Positions 15,001-29,589 of a DNA stretch of 64,000 bases are shown piece after piece (position 1 is the stretch's first letter; every line of letters starts with the position of its first letter). The DNA is from Eledone cirrhosa (Eukaryota): contig OZ024743.1 in assembly GCA_964016885.1 (NCBI GenBank), positions 219,976,001-220,040,000 on the forward strand, given 5' to 3'. A program made the translations under genes and the position numbers. The notes beneath the pieces are model-generated. The model worked only from the letters and a program-made list of their open reading frames with translations, was not told the DNA's origin and made no database searches.

Positions 15001-18000
15001 GAACTGTAAATATTCAGGTAGACAACACCTTAAACTAGAAATGTGCAGAGTAGATAGCACACTGAACTGTAAATATTCAGGTAGACAACACGTTAAACTA
15101 GAAATGTGCAGGGTAGATAGCACACTGAACTGTAAATATTCATGTAGACAACACCTTAAACTAGAAATGTGCAGGGTAGATAGCACACTGAACTGTAAAT
15201 ATTCAGGTAGACAACACCTTAAACTAGAAATGTGCAGGGTAGATAGCACACTGAACTGTAAATATTCAGGTAGACAACACGTTAAACTAGAAATGTGCAG
15301 GGTAGATAGCACACTGAACTGTAAATATTCATGTAGACAACACCTTAAACTAGAAATGTGCAGGGTAGATAGCACACTGAACTGTAAATATTCAGGTAGA
15401 CAACACCTTAAACTAGAAATGTGCAGGGTAGATAGCACACTGAACTGTAAATATTCAGGTAGACAACACGTTAAACTAGAAATGTGCAGGGTAGATAGCA
15501 CACTGAACTGTAAATATTCATGTAGACAACACCTTAAACTAGAAATGTGCAGGGTAGATAGCACACTGAACTGTAAATATTCAGGTAGACAACACCTTAA
15601 ACTAGAAATGTGCAGGGTAGATAGCACACTGATCTGTAAATATTCAGGTAGACAACATGTTAAACTAGAAATGTGCAGGGTAGATAGCACACTGAACTGT
15701 AAATATTCAGGTAGACAACACCTTAAACTAGAAATGTGCAGGGTAGATAGCACACTGAACTGTAAATATTCAGGTAGACAACACGTTAAACTAGAAATGT
15801 GCAGGGTAGATAGCACACTGAACTGTAAATATTCAGGTAGACAACACCTTAAAATAGAAATGTGCAGGGTAGATAGCACACTGAACTGTAAATATTCAGG
15901 TAGACAACACCTTAAAATAGAAATGTGCAGGGTAGATAGCACACTGAACTGTAAATATTCAGGTAGACAACACCTTAAACTAGAAATGTGCAGGGTAGAT
16001 AGCACACTGAACTGTAAATATTCAGGTAGACAACACGTTAAACTAGAAATGTGCAGGGTAGATAGCACACTGAACTGTAAATATTCAGGTAGACAACACC
16101 TTAAACTAGAAATGTGCAGGGTAGATAGCACACTGAACTGTAAATATTCAGGTAGACAACACGTTAAACTAGAAATGTGCAGGGTAGATAGCACACTGAA
16201 CTGGAAATATTCAGGTAGACAACTCCTTAAAATAGAAATGTGCAGGGTAGATAGCACACTGAACTGTAAATATTCAGGTAGACAACACCTTAAAATAGAA
16301 ATGTGCAGGGTAGATATCACACTGATCTGTAAATATTCAGGTAGACAACACGTTAAACTAGAAATGTGCAGTGTAGATAGCACACTGAACTGTAAATATT
16401 CAGGTAGACAACACGTTAAACTAGAAATGTGCAGGGTAGATAGCACACTGATCTGTAAATATTCAGGTCGACAACACCTTAAACTAGAAATGTGCAGGGT
16501 AGATAGCACACTGAACTGTAAATATTCATGTAGACAACACCTTAAAATAGAAATGTGCAGGGTAGATAGCACACTGATCTGTAAATATTCAGGTAGACAA
16601 CACCTTAAACTAGAAATGTGCAGGGTAGATAGCACACTGAACTGTAAATATTCAGGTAGACAACACCTTAAACTAGAAATGTGCAGGGTAGATAGCACAC
16701 TGAACTGTAAATATTCAGGTAGACAACACGTTAAACTAGAAATGTGCAGGGTAGATAGCACACTGAACTGTAAATATTCATGTAGACAACACCTTAAACT
16801 AGAAATGTGCAGGGTAGATAGCACACTGAACTGTAAATATTCAGGTAGACAACACCTTAAACTAGAAATGTGCAGGGTAGATAGCACACTGAACTGTAAA
16901 TATTCAGGTAGACAACACGTTAAACTAGAAATGTGCAGGGTAGATAGCACACTGATCTGTAAATATTCAGGTCGACAACACCTTAAACTAGAAATGTGCA
17001 GGGTAGATAGCACACTGAACTGTAAATATTCAGGTAGACAACACCTTAAACTAGAAATGTGCAGGGTAGATAGCACACTGAACTGTAAATATTCAGGTAG
17101 ACAACACCTTAAACTAGAAATGTGCAGGGTAGATAGCACACTGAACTGTAAATATTCAGGTAGACAACACCTTAAAATAGAAATGTGCAGGGTAGATAGC
17201 ACACTGAACTGTAAATATTCAGGTAGACAACAACTTAAACTAGAAATGTGCAGGGTAGATAGCACACTGATCTGTAAATATTCAGGTAGACAACACGTTA
17301 AACTAGAAATGTGCAGGGTAGATAGCACACTGATCTGTAAATATTCAGGTAGACAACACCTTAAACTAGAAATGTGCAGGGTAGATAGCACACTGAACTG
17401 TAAATATTCAGGTAGACAACACCTTAAACTAGAAATGTGCAGGGTAGATAGCACACTGAACTGTAAATATTCAGGTAGACAACACGTTAAACTAGAAATG
17501 TGCAGGGTAGATAGCACACTGATCTGTAAATATTCAGGTAGACAACACCTTAAACTAGAAATGTGCAGGGTAGATAGCACACTGATCTGTAAATATTCAG
17601 GTAGACAACACCTTAAACTAGAAATGTGCAGGGTAGATAGCACACTGAACTGTAAATATTCAGGTAGACAACACCTTAAACTAGAAATGTGCAGGGTAGA
17701 TAGCACACTGATCTGTAAATATTCAGGTAGACAACACGTTAAACTAGAAATGTGCAGGGTAGATAGCACACTGAACTGTAAATATTCAGGTAGACAACAC
17801 GTTAAACTAGAAATGTGCAGGGTAGATAGCACACTGATCTTTAAATATTCAGGTAGACAACACGTTAAACTAGAAATGTGCAGGGTAGATAGCACACTGA
17901 TCTGTAAATATTCAGGTAGACAACACCTTAAACTAGAAATGTGCAGGGTAGATAGCACACTGATCTGTAAATATTCAGGTCGACAACACGTTAAACTAGA

Positions 18001-21000
18001 AATGTGCAGGGTAGATAGCACACTGAACTGTAAATATTCAGGTAGACAACACCTTAAACTAGAAATGTGCAGGGTAGATAGCACACTGAACTGTAAATAT
18101 TCAGGTAGACAACACCTTAAACTAGTAATGTGCAGGGTAGATATCACACTGATCTGTAAATATTCAGGTAGACAACACCTTAAAACTAGAAATGTGCAGG
18201 GTAGATAGCACACTGAACTGTAAATATTCAAGTAGACAACACCTTAAATTAGAAATGTGCCGGGTAGATAGCACACTGAACTGTAAATATTCAGGTAGAC
18301 AACACGTTAAACTAGAAATGTGCAGGGTAGATAGCACACTGATCTGTAAATATTCAGGTAGACAACACCTTAAACTAGAAATGTGCAGGGTAGATAGCAC
18401 ACTGAACTGTAAATATTCAGGTAGACAACACGTTAAACTAGAAATGTGCAGGGTAGATAGCACACTGAACTGTAAATATTCAGGTAGACAACAACTTAAA
18501 CTAGAAATGTGCAGGGTAGATAGCACACTGATCTGTAAATATTCAGGTCGACAACACGTTAAACTAGAAATATTCAGGGTAGATAGCACACTGAACTGTA
18601 AATATTCAGGTAGACATCACCTTAAACTAGAAATGTGCAGGGTAGATAGCACACTGATCTGTAAATATTCAGGTAGACAACACGTTAAACTAGAAATGTG
18701 CAGGGTAGATAGCACACTGAACTGTAAATATTCAGGTAGACAACACCTTAAACTAGAAATGTGCAGGATAGATAGCACACTGAACTGTAAATATTCAGGT
18801 AGACAACACCTTAAACTAGAAATGTGCAGGGTAGATAGCACACTGAACTGAAAATATTCAGGTAGACAACACGTTAAACTAGAAATGTGCAGGGTAGATA
18901 GCACACTGATCTGTAAATATTCACGTAGACAACACGTTAAACTAGAAATGTGCAGGGTAGATAGCACACTAATCTGTAAATATTCAGGTAGACAACACCT
19001 TAAACTAGAAATGTGCAGGGTAGATAGCACACTGATCTGTAAATATTCACGTAGACAACACGTTAAACTAGAAATGTGCAGGGTAGATAGCACACTGATC
19101 TCTAAATATTCAGGTAGACAACACCTTAAACTAGAAATGTGCAGGGTAGATAGCACACTGAACTGTAAATATTCAGGTAGACAACACCTTAAACTAGAAA
19201 TGTGCAGGGTAGATAGCACACTGAACTGTAAATATTCAGGTAGACAACACCTTAAACTAGAAATGTGCAGGGTAGATAGCACACTGAACTGTAAATATTC
19301 AGGTAGACAACACGTTAAACTAGAAATGTGCAGGGTAGATAGCACACTGATCTGTAAATATTCAGGTAGACAACACGTTAAACTAGAAATGTGCAGGGTA
19401 GATAGCACACTGATCTGTAAATATTCAGGTAGACAACACGTTAAACTAGAAATGTGCAGGGTAGATAGCACACTGAACTGTAAATATTCAGGTAGACAAC
19501 ACCTTAAACTAGAAATGTGCAGGGTAGATAGCACACTGAACTGTAAATATTCAGGTAGACAACACCTTAAACTAGAAATGTGCAGGGTAGATAGCACACT
19601 GAACTGTAAATATTCAGGTAGACAACACGTTAAACTAGAAATGTGCAGGGTAGATAGCACACTGATCTGTAAATATTCACGTAGACAACACGTTAAACTA
19701 GAAATGTGCAGGGTAGATAGCACACTGATCTGTAAATATTCAGGTAGACAACACCTTAAACTAGAAATGTGCAGGGTAGATAGCACACTGATCTGTAAAT
19801 ATTCACGTAGACAACACGTTAAACTAGAAATGTGCAGGGTAGATAGCACACTGATCTGTAAATATTCAGGTAGACAACACCTTAAACTAGAAATGTGCAG
19901 GGTAGATAGCACACTGAACTGTAAATATTCAGGTAGACAACACCTTAAACTAGAAATGTGCAGGGTAGATAGCACACTGAACTGTAAATATTCAGGTAGA
20001 CAACACCTTAAACTAGAAATGTGCAGGGTAGATAGCACACTGATCTGTAAATATGCAGGTATACAACACGTTAAACTAGAAATGTGCAGGGTAGATAGCA
20101 CACTGATCTGTAAATATTCACGTAGACAACACGTTAAACTAGAAATGTGCAGGGTAGATAGCACACTAATCTGTAAATATTCAGGTAGACAACACCTTAA
20201 ACTAGAAATGTGCAGGGTAGATAGCACACTGATCTGTAAATATTCACGTAGACAACACGTTAAACTAGAAATGTGCAGGGTAGATAGCACACTGATCTCT
20301 AAATATTCAGGTAGACAACACCTTAAACTAGAAATGTGCAGGGTAGATAGCACACTGAACTGTAAATATTCAGGTAGACAACACCTTAAACTAGAAATGT
20401 GCAGGGTAGATAGCACACTGAACTGTAAATATTCAGGTAGACAACACCTTAAACTAGAAATGTGCAGGGTAGATAGCACACTGAACTGTAAATATTCAGG
20501 TAGACAACACGTTAAACTAGAAATGTGCAGGGTAGATAGCACACTGATCTGTAAATATTCAGGTAGACAACACGTTAAACTAGAAATGTGCAGGGTAGAT
20601 AGCACACTGATCTGTAAATATTCAGGTAGACAACACGTTAAACTAGAAATGTGCAGGGTAGATAGCACACTGAACTGTAAATATTCAGGTAGACAACACC
20701 TTAAACTAGAAATGTGCAGGGTAGATAGCACACTGAACTGTAAATATTCAGGTAGACAACACCTTAAACTAGAAATGTGCAGGGTAGATAGCACACTGAA
20801 CTGTAAATATTCAGGTAGACAACACGTTAAACTAGAAATGTGCAGGGTAGATAGCACACTGATCTGTAAATATTCACGTAGACAACACGTTAAACTAGAA
20901 ATGTGCAGGGTAGATAGCACACTGATCTGTAAATATTCAGGTAGACAACACCTTAAACTAGAAATGTGCAGGGTAGATAGCACACTGATCTGTAAATATT

Positions 21001-24000
21001 CACGTAGACAACACGTTAAACTAGAAATGTGCAGGGTAGATAGCACACTGATCTGTAAATATTCAGGTAGACAACACCTTAAACTAGAAATGTGCAGGGT
21101 AGATAGCACACTGAACTGTAAATATTCAGGTAGACAACACCTTAAACTAGAAATGTGCAGGGTAGATAGCACACTGAACTGTAAATATGCAGGTATACAA
21201 CACGTTAAACTAGAAATGTGCAGGGTAGATAGCACACTGATCTGTAAATATTCAGGTTGACAACACCTTAAACTAGAAATGTGCAGGGTAGATAGCACAC
21301 TGAACTGTAAATATTCAGGTAGACAACACCTTAAACTAGAAATGTGCAGGGTAGATAGCACACTGAACTGTAAATATTCAGGTAGACAACAGCTTAAACT
21401 AGAAATGTGCAGGGTAGATAGCACACTGATCTGTAAATATTCAGGTAGACAACACGTTAAACTAGAAATGTGCAGGGTAGATAGCACACTGATCTGTAAA
21501 TATTCAGGTAGACAACACCTTAAACTAGAAATGTGCAGGGTAGATAGCACACTGATCTGTAAATATTCAGGTAGACAACACGTTAAACTAGAAATGTGCA
21601 TGGTAGGTAGCACACTGAACTGTAAATATTCAGGTAGACAACACCTTAAATTAGAAATGTGCAGGGTAGATAGCACACTGATCTGTAAATATTCAGGTAG
21701 ACAACACCTTAAACTAGAAATGTGGAGGGTAGATAGCACACTGAACTGTAAATATTCAGGTAGACAACACCTTAAAATAGAAATGTGCAGGGTAGATAGC
21801 ACACTGATCTGTAAATATTCAGGTAGACAACACGTTAAACTAGAAATGTGCAGGGTAGATAGCACACTGAACTGTAAATATTCAGGTAGACAACACCTTA
21901 AAATAGAAATGTGCAGGGTAGATAGCACACTGATCTGTAAATATTCAGTCAGACAACACGTTAAACTAGAAATGTGCAGGGTAGATAGCACACTGATCTG
22001 TAAATATTCAGGTAGACAACACCTTAAACTAGAAATGTGCAGGGTAGATAGCACACTGATCTGTAAATATTCAGGTAGACAACACCTTAAACTAGAAATG
22101 TGCAGGTTAGATAGCACACTGAACTGTAAATATTCAGGTAGACAACACCTTAAACTAGAAATGTGCAGGGTAGATAGCACACTGATCTGTAAATATTCAG
22201 GTAGACAACACGTTAAACTAGAAATGTGCAGGGTAGATAGCACACTGAACTGTAAATATTCAGGTAGACAACACGTTAAACTAGAAATGTGCAGGGTAGA
22301 TAGCACACTGATCTGTAAATATTCAGGTAGACAACACGTTAAACTAGAAATGTGCAGGGTAGATAGCACACTGATCTGTAAATATTCAGGTAGACAACAC
22401 GTTAAACTAGAAATGTGCAGGGTAGATAGCACACTGAACTGTAAATATTCAGGTAGACAACACCTTAAACTAGAAATGTGCAGGGTAGATAGCACACTGA
22501 ACTGTAAATATTCAGGTAGACAACACCTTAAACTAGAAATGTGCAGGGTAGATAGCACACTGATCTGTAAATATTCAGGTAGACAACACGTTAAACTAGA
22601 AATGTGCAGGGTAGATAGCACACTGATCTGTAAATATTCAGGTAGACAACACGTTAAACTAGAAATGTGCAGGGTAGATAGCTCACTGATCTTTAAATAT
22701 TCAGGTAGACAACACGTTAAACTAGAAATGTGCAGGGTAGATAGCACACTGATCTGTAAATATTCAGGTAGACAACACGTTAAACTAGAAATGTGCAGGG
22801 TAGATAGCACACTGATCTGTAAATATTCAGGTAGACAACACGTTAATCTAGAAATGTGCAGGGTAGATAGCACACTGAACTGTAAATATTCAGGTAGACA
22901 ACACCTTAAACTAGAAATGTGCAGGGTAGATAGCACACTGAACTGTAAATATTCAGGTAGACAACACCTTAAACTAGTAATGTGCAGGGTAGATAGCACA
23001 CTGATCTGTAAATATTCACGTAGACAACACCTTAAAACTAGAAATGTGCAGGGTAGATAGCACACTGAACTGTAAATATTCAAGTAGACAACACCTTAAA
23101 ACTAGAAATGTGCAGGGTAGATAGCACACTGAACTGTAACTATTCAGGTAGCCAACACCTTAAACTAGAAATGTGCAGGGTAGATAGCACACTGAACTGT
23201 AAATATTCAGGTAGACAACACCTTAAACTAGAAATGTGCAGGGTAGATAGCACACTGATCTGTATATATTCAGGTAGACAACACCTTAAACTAGTAATGT
23301 GCAGGGTAGATAGCACACTGATCTGTAAATATTCACGTAGACAACACCTTAAAACTAGAAATGTGCAGGGTAGATAGCACACTGAACTGTAAATATTCAG
23401 GTAGCCAACACCTTAAACTAGAAATGTGCAGGGTAGATAGCACACTGAACTGTAAATATTCAGGTAGCCAACACCTTAAACTAGAAATGTGCAGGGTAGA
23501 TAGCACACTGAACTGTAAATATTCAGGTAGACAACACCTTAAACTAGAAATGTGCAGGGTAGATAGCACACTGATCTGTAAATATTCAGGTAGACAACAC
23601 CTTAAACTAGAAATGTGCAGGGTAGATAGCACACTGAACTGTAAATATTCAGGTAGACAACACCTTAAATTAGAAATGTGCAGGGTAGATAGCACACTGA
23701 ACTGTAAATATTCAGGTAGACAACACGTTAAACTAGAAATGTGCAGGGTAGATAGCACACTGATCTGTAAATATTCAGGTAGACAACACCTTAAACTAGA
23801 AATGTGCAGGGTAGATAGCACACTGAACTGTAAATATTCAGGTAGACAACACGTTAAACTAGAAATGTGCAGGGTAGATAGCACACTGAACTGTAAATAT
23901 TCAGGTAGACAACAACTTAAACTAGAAATGTGCAGGGTAGATAGCACACTGAACTGTAAATATACATGTAGACAACACCTTAAAATAGAAATGTGCAGGG

Positions 24001-26872
24001 TAGATAGCACACTGATCTGTAAATATTCAGGTAGACAACACGTTAAACTAGAAATGTGCAGGGTAGATAGCACACTGATCTGTAAATATTCAGGTAGACA
24101 ACACCTTAAACTAGAAATGTGCAGGGTAGATAGCACACTGATCTGTAAATATTCAGGTAGACAACACCTTAAACTATAAATGTGCAGGGTAGATAGCACA
24201 CTGAACTGTAAATATTCAGGTAGACAACACCTTAAACTATAAATGTGCAGGGTAGATAGCACACTGAACTGTAAATATTCAGGTAGACAACACCTTAAAC
24301 TATAAATGTGCAGGGTAGATAGCACACTGATCTGTAAATATTCAGGTAGACAACACGTTAAACTAGAAATGTGCAGGGTAGATAGCACACTGAACTGTAA
24401 ATATTCAGGTAGACAACACGTTAAACTAGAAATGTGCAGGGTAGATAGCACACTGATCTTTAAATATTCAGGTAGACAACACCTTAAACTAGAAATGTGC
24501 AGGGTAGATAGCACACTGATCTGTAAATATTCAGGTAGACAACACCTTAAACTAGAAATGTGCAGGGTAGATAGCACACTGATCTGTAAATATTCAGGTA
24601 GACAACACGTTAAACTAGAAATGTGCAGGGTAGATAGCACACTGATCTGTAAATATTCAGGTAGACAACACCTTAAACTAGAAATGTGCAGGGTAGATAG
24701 CACACTGAACTGTAAATATTCAGGTAGACAACACCTTAAACTAGAAATGTGCAGGGTAGATAGCACACTGATCTGTAAATATTCAGGTAGACAACACCTT
24801 AAACTAGAAATGTGCAGGTTAGATAGCACACTGATCTGTAAATATTCAGGTAGACAACACCTTAAACTAGAAATGTGCAGGGTAGATAGCACACTGAACT
24901 GTAAATATTCAGGTAGACAACACCTTAAACTAGAAATGTGCAGGGTAGATAGCACACTGATCTGTAAATATTCAGGTAGACAACACCTTAAACTAGAAAT
25001 GTGCAGGGTAGATAGCACACTGATCTGTAAATATTCAGGTAGACAACACGTTAAACTAGAAATGTGCATGGTAGGTAGCACACTGAACTGTAAATATTCA
25101 GGTAGACAACACCTTAAATTAGAAATGTGCAGGGTAGATAGCACACTGATCTGTAAATATTCAGGTAGACAACACCTTAAACTAGAAATGTGCAGGGTAG
25201 ATAGCACACTGATCCGTAAATATTCAGGTAGACAACACCTTAAACTAGAAATGTGCAGGGTAGATAGCACACTGATCTGTAAATATTCAGGTAGACAACA
25301 CGTTAAACTAGAAATGTGCAGGGTAGATAGCACACTGAACTGTAAATATTCAGGTAGACTACACCTTAAACTAGAAATGTGCAGGGTAGATAGCACACTG
25401 ATCCGTAAATATTCAGGTAGACAACACCTTAAACTAGAAATGTGCAGGGTAGATATCACACTGATCTGTAAATATTCAGGTAGACAACACGTTAAACTAG
25501 AAATGTGCAGGGTAGATAGCACACTGATCTGTAAATATTCAGGTAGACAACACGTTTAACTAGAAATGTGCAGGGTAGGTAGCACACTGAACTGTAAATA
25601 TTCAGGTAGACAACACCTTAACTTAGAAATGTGCAGGGTAGATAGCACACTGAACTGTAAATATTCAGGTAGACAACACCTTAAACTAGAAATGTGCATG
25701 GTAGGTAGCACACTGAACTGTAAATATTCAGGTAGACAACACCTTAAATTAGAAATGTGCAGGGTAGATAGCACACTGATCTGTAAATATTCAGGTAGAC
25801 AACACCTTAAACTAGAAATGTGCAGGGTAGATAGCACACTGATCCGTAAATATTCAGGTAGACAACACCTTAAACTAGAAATGTGCAGGGTAGATAGCAC
25901 ACTGATCTGTAAATATTCAGGTAGACAACACGTTAAACTAGAAATGTGCAGGGTAGATAGCACACTGAACTGTAAATATTCAGGTAGACTACACCTTAAA
26001 CTAGAAATGTGCAGGGTAGATAGCACACTGATCCGTAAATATTCAGGTAGACAACACCTTAAACTAGAAATGTGCAGGGTAGATATCACACTGATCTGTA
26101 AATATTCAGGTAGACAACACGTTAAACTAGAAATGTGCAGGGTAGATAGCACACTGATCTGTAAATATTCAGGTAGACAACACGTTTAACTAGAAATGTG
26201 CAGGGTAGGTAGCACACTGAACTGTAAATATTCAGGTAGACAACACCTTAACTTAGAAATGTGTAGGGTAGATAGCACACTGAACTGTAAATATTCAGGT
26301 AGACAACACCTTAAACTAGAAATGTGCAGGGTAGATAGCACACTGATCTGTAAATATTCAGGTATACAACACGTTAAACTAGAAATGTGCAGGGTAGATA
26401 GCACACTGATCTGTAAATATTCAGGTAGACAACACGTTAAACTAGAAATGTGCAGGGTAGATAGCACACTGATCTGTAAATATTCAGGTAGACAACATCT
26501 TAAACTAGAAATGTACAGGGTAGATAGCACACTGATCTGTAAATATTCAGGTAGACAACACCTTAAACTAGAAATGTGCAGGGTAGATAGCACACTGATC
26601 TGTAAATATTCAGGTAGACAACACGTTAAACTAGAAATGTGCAGGGTAGATAGCACACTGAACTGTAAATATTCAGTTAGACAACACGTTAAACTAGAAA
26701 TGTGCAGGGTAGATAGCACACTGATCTTTAAATATTCAGGTAGACAACACGTTAAACTAGAAATGTGCAGGGTAGATAGCACACTGATCTGTAAATATTC
26801 AGGTAGACAACACGTTAAACTAGAAATGTGCAGGGTAGATAGCACACTGATCTGTAAATATTCAGGTAGATA
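1..26872. repeat. 63-bp tandem satellite array (~425 units), running off the left edge of the window
   Basis: Consensus AAACTAGAAATGTGCAGGGTAGATAGCACACTGA(T/A)CTGTAAATATTCAGGTAGACAACAC(C/G)TT repeats without interruption. Occasional 64-bp units carry an extra A. The array ends at ...TTCAGGTAGATAGCATG (~26870). Confidence 0.99.
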
Positions 26873-27040
26873 GCATGTAAAGTGTCAATGTCCGGGTGGA
26901 CCGCATTCTAAACATAACCCGTGAGACAGCACACTAAAGCTTGTTACATATAACCAGGCAGACAGCACATTAGAGTGTAAATATCCAAGTAGACTGTATA
27001 CTAAGTGTATATAACTAGATACACGGCACGTTAAAGTGGC
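26873..27040. repeat. Degenerate ~31-bp monomer copies at the satellite edge
   Basis: Diverged half-unit matches such as GAGACAGCACACTAAAGCTTGT, CAGGCAGACAGCACATTAGAGTGT, AAATATCCAAGTAGACTGTATACTAAGTGT and ACACGGCACGTTAAA. Confidence 0.7.
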
Positions 27041-28052
27041 ACCAAGACCACTATGACGGAAGGGCTGGATATCAGCAAACCAGGGCGTAGAGTGTATTTT
27101 GGTCAGTATATTTCTACCGTTAGGTGTCGTCCAGTATATCCTATTGGACAGAAGCAGCGTCAGTGCAGTCTTTTAATAATTTCAAAGTTGTCAGTAGAAA
27201 GAATAAAACGCCTGACATAAAGAGCTGGCAAAAATACCGCAAAGTAATTTGTCCGGCATTCGAATGATTCTGCCCTCTGTATAATCCAATATTAAGATTG
27301 AATATGACAACGTGTAATAAACTATGCCAGATTTTTTAGCAATGGATGCTCCACATTACCGTCTGTGAAAAACTACTGATATGATCTACGTATATTGACT
27401 GTTCTGCTGGTAGTTGGTCATGGTAACGACTAAATTCACCTGAACATATCTTTCCTCTCACGCTAGAGTCTCTGTTTGATATAACAAAGGTAGGGAACCT
27501 TTTCTACCTGAACAGCCATTTTTAGCTTAAAAGAAAACACTTGAGACTGCACAATTTATTATATACAATATATATATATAAATACATACAAGAAAAGATG
27601 AATTTAGCTAACCGTTTCCTGACTCAATGTAATCTTTTGGCTTTGAATCTCATTTGAAATGAATAAATAAATAAATAAATAGATTAAAATAAAATAAAAA
27701 ATAAGATAAAATAAAATAAAATCTCAGAACGTCTAAGAGCCACACGAGATAGGCAAAAGAGTCGTATGGAGCATTTGAGCCGCAGATTTTCGACCTTTAC
27801 TCTATAATAATCTATAATTGACGAGTGAAAGGTTAAGTCTACAATGACAGGATATATAAAACACTCCATTTCATCTAAATCACAGTTCCTAAGTCACTTA
27901 TTTAATGCAGAGCCGTCAGGATAATTGAGCAAACACGTGTTTCAGTATGCTTAAACCATTACAGCTATCAACAAACCACGGACGAGACGGTTCAGTGAAC
28001 ATTGTACACTGGATAATGTATTTACCTCTTCGACTCATTGATTCCGAGAGTG

Positions 28053-28927
28053 CATATCCTACTGCACAAATTTACATTTCTCCCTCCTCCTTATCGTCAT
28101 CATCATCATCATTACCATCATCATCATCACCATCATCATCACCACCACCATCACCACCACCACCACCACCACCACCACTATAACCCACCACCATATCCTA
28201 CTGCACAAATTTACATTTCTCCCTCCTCCTTATCATCATCATCATCATCATTACCATCATCATCATCACCATCATCATCACCACCACCATCACCACCACC
28301 ACCACCACCACTACCACTATAACCCACCACCATATCCTACTGCACAAATTTACATTTCTCCCTCCTCCTTATCATCATCATCATCATCATTACCATCATC
28401 ATCATCACCATCATCATCACCACCACCATCACCACCACCACCACCACCACTACCACTATAACCCACCACCATATCCTACTGCACAAATTTACATTTCTCC
28501 CTCCTCCTTATCATCATCATCATCATCATTACCATCATCATCATCACCATCATCATCACCACCACCATCACCACCACCACCACCACCACTACCACTATAA
28601 CCCACCACCATATCCTACTGCACAAATTTACATTTCTCCCTCCTCCTTATCATCATCATCATCATCATTACCATCATCATCATCACCATCATCATCACCA
28701 CCACCATCACCACCACCACCACCACCACTACCACTATAACCCACCACCATATCCTACTGCACAAATTTACATTTCTCCCTCCTCCTTATCGTCATCATCA
28801 TCATTACCATCATCATCATCACGGTCATCATCGTCATCATCATCACCATCATCATCACCATCATCATCACCACCACCATCACCACCACCATCACCACCAC
28901 CACCACCACCACTATAACCCACCACCA
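28053..28927. repeat. 139-bp minisatellite, 6 copies, each with an internal (CAT)n-to-(CAC)n microsatellite
   Basis: The head CATATCCTACTGCACAAATTTACATTTCTCCCTCCTCCTT starts at 28053, 28192, 28331, 28470, 28609 and 28748 (exact 139-bp period). The last copy is expanded. Confidence 0.97.
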
Positions 28928-29589
28928 TTTCGGAACGTGTGTAAGTCTGTTTCAATAGTCAGGTGATGAAAAAACGCATATATTATATATTTTATTTCTT
29001 GTGCATTTACAATCTTCTCAATATGGAAACATTCGTAAAAAAGCGGCAATAAACAAAGTTTTCGTATTTCCTTATTAGTTCTTTATAGTTAGTCTGGAAT
29101 GGCAGCGTTGTTAACGGTTTAAAGCCTTCAAGGGTTTATCTTCAGAATCAAAATAGTCATATTAGTGGTGTATTGGTCACGACATTTTCCTGTCAGTTAA
29201 CCATACATTTACAAAGAACTATCACAACACCATACCATACATTACCTGTCACAAAGTTATATAGGACTACATTAAACCATAATACTAATTCTATAAAGAA
29301 TTCTACACAAAACAAGGTGAACAACTATCAAGGCTCTACTAGTATTAGAATATAAATAAAAAATCAACACACAGATAGAGTACACGTAAAACCATTTATA
29401 ATAATTCCCATGCATCAAGTGTTGAGAAATTTCATCCTACTCCCATGATCCTTTATGGTACACAGAAAACATAAATAAATACCAAAAACATATTTATTGT
29501 CTATATGCATTGACAAGACTCTTATCTATATAAAACAATTGTTGAGATTAAAGATAGATTTGATTTAACAACCTTCTGTATTAAATATG

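Noticed and set aside
1-26872. CRISPR-like repeat-spacer array
   Set aside because: There are no unique spacers and no cas genes, and the context is eukaryotic.
22-26873. Very long ORFs on both strands (MCRVDSTLxCKYSGRQHxKLE and CCLPEYLQxSVLSTLHISSL repeats, up to 1488 aa)
   Set aside because: The 63-bp unit is a multiple of 3 and stop-free in one frame per strand. Frameshifting 64-mers and stops are tolerated and even amplified, the common variants are non-synonymous in both frames, and there is no unique N- or C-terminus.
27947-28955. Poly-His, Ser/Pro and Asp/Gly ORFs
   Set aside because: They are translations of the CAT/CAC minisatellite.
29100-29150. CTGAAGA with a hairpin on the minus strand; similar lone cores at ~45448 and ~52932
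   Set aside because: There is no correctly placed GAAA or stems; lone 7-mers are expected by chance.
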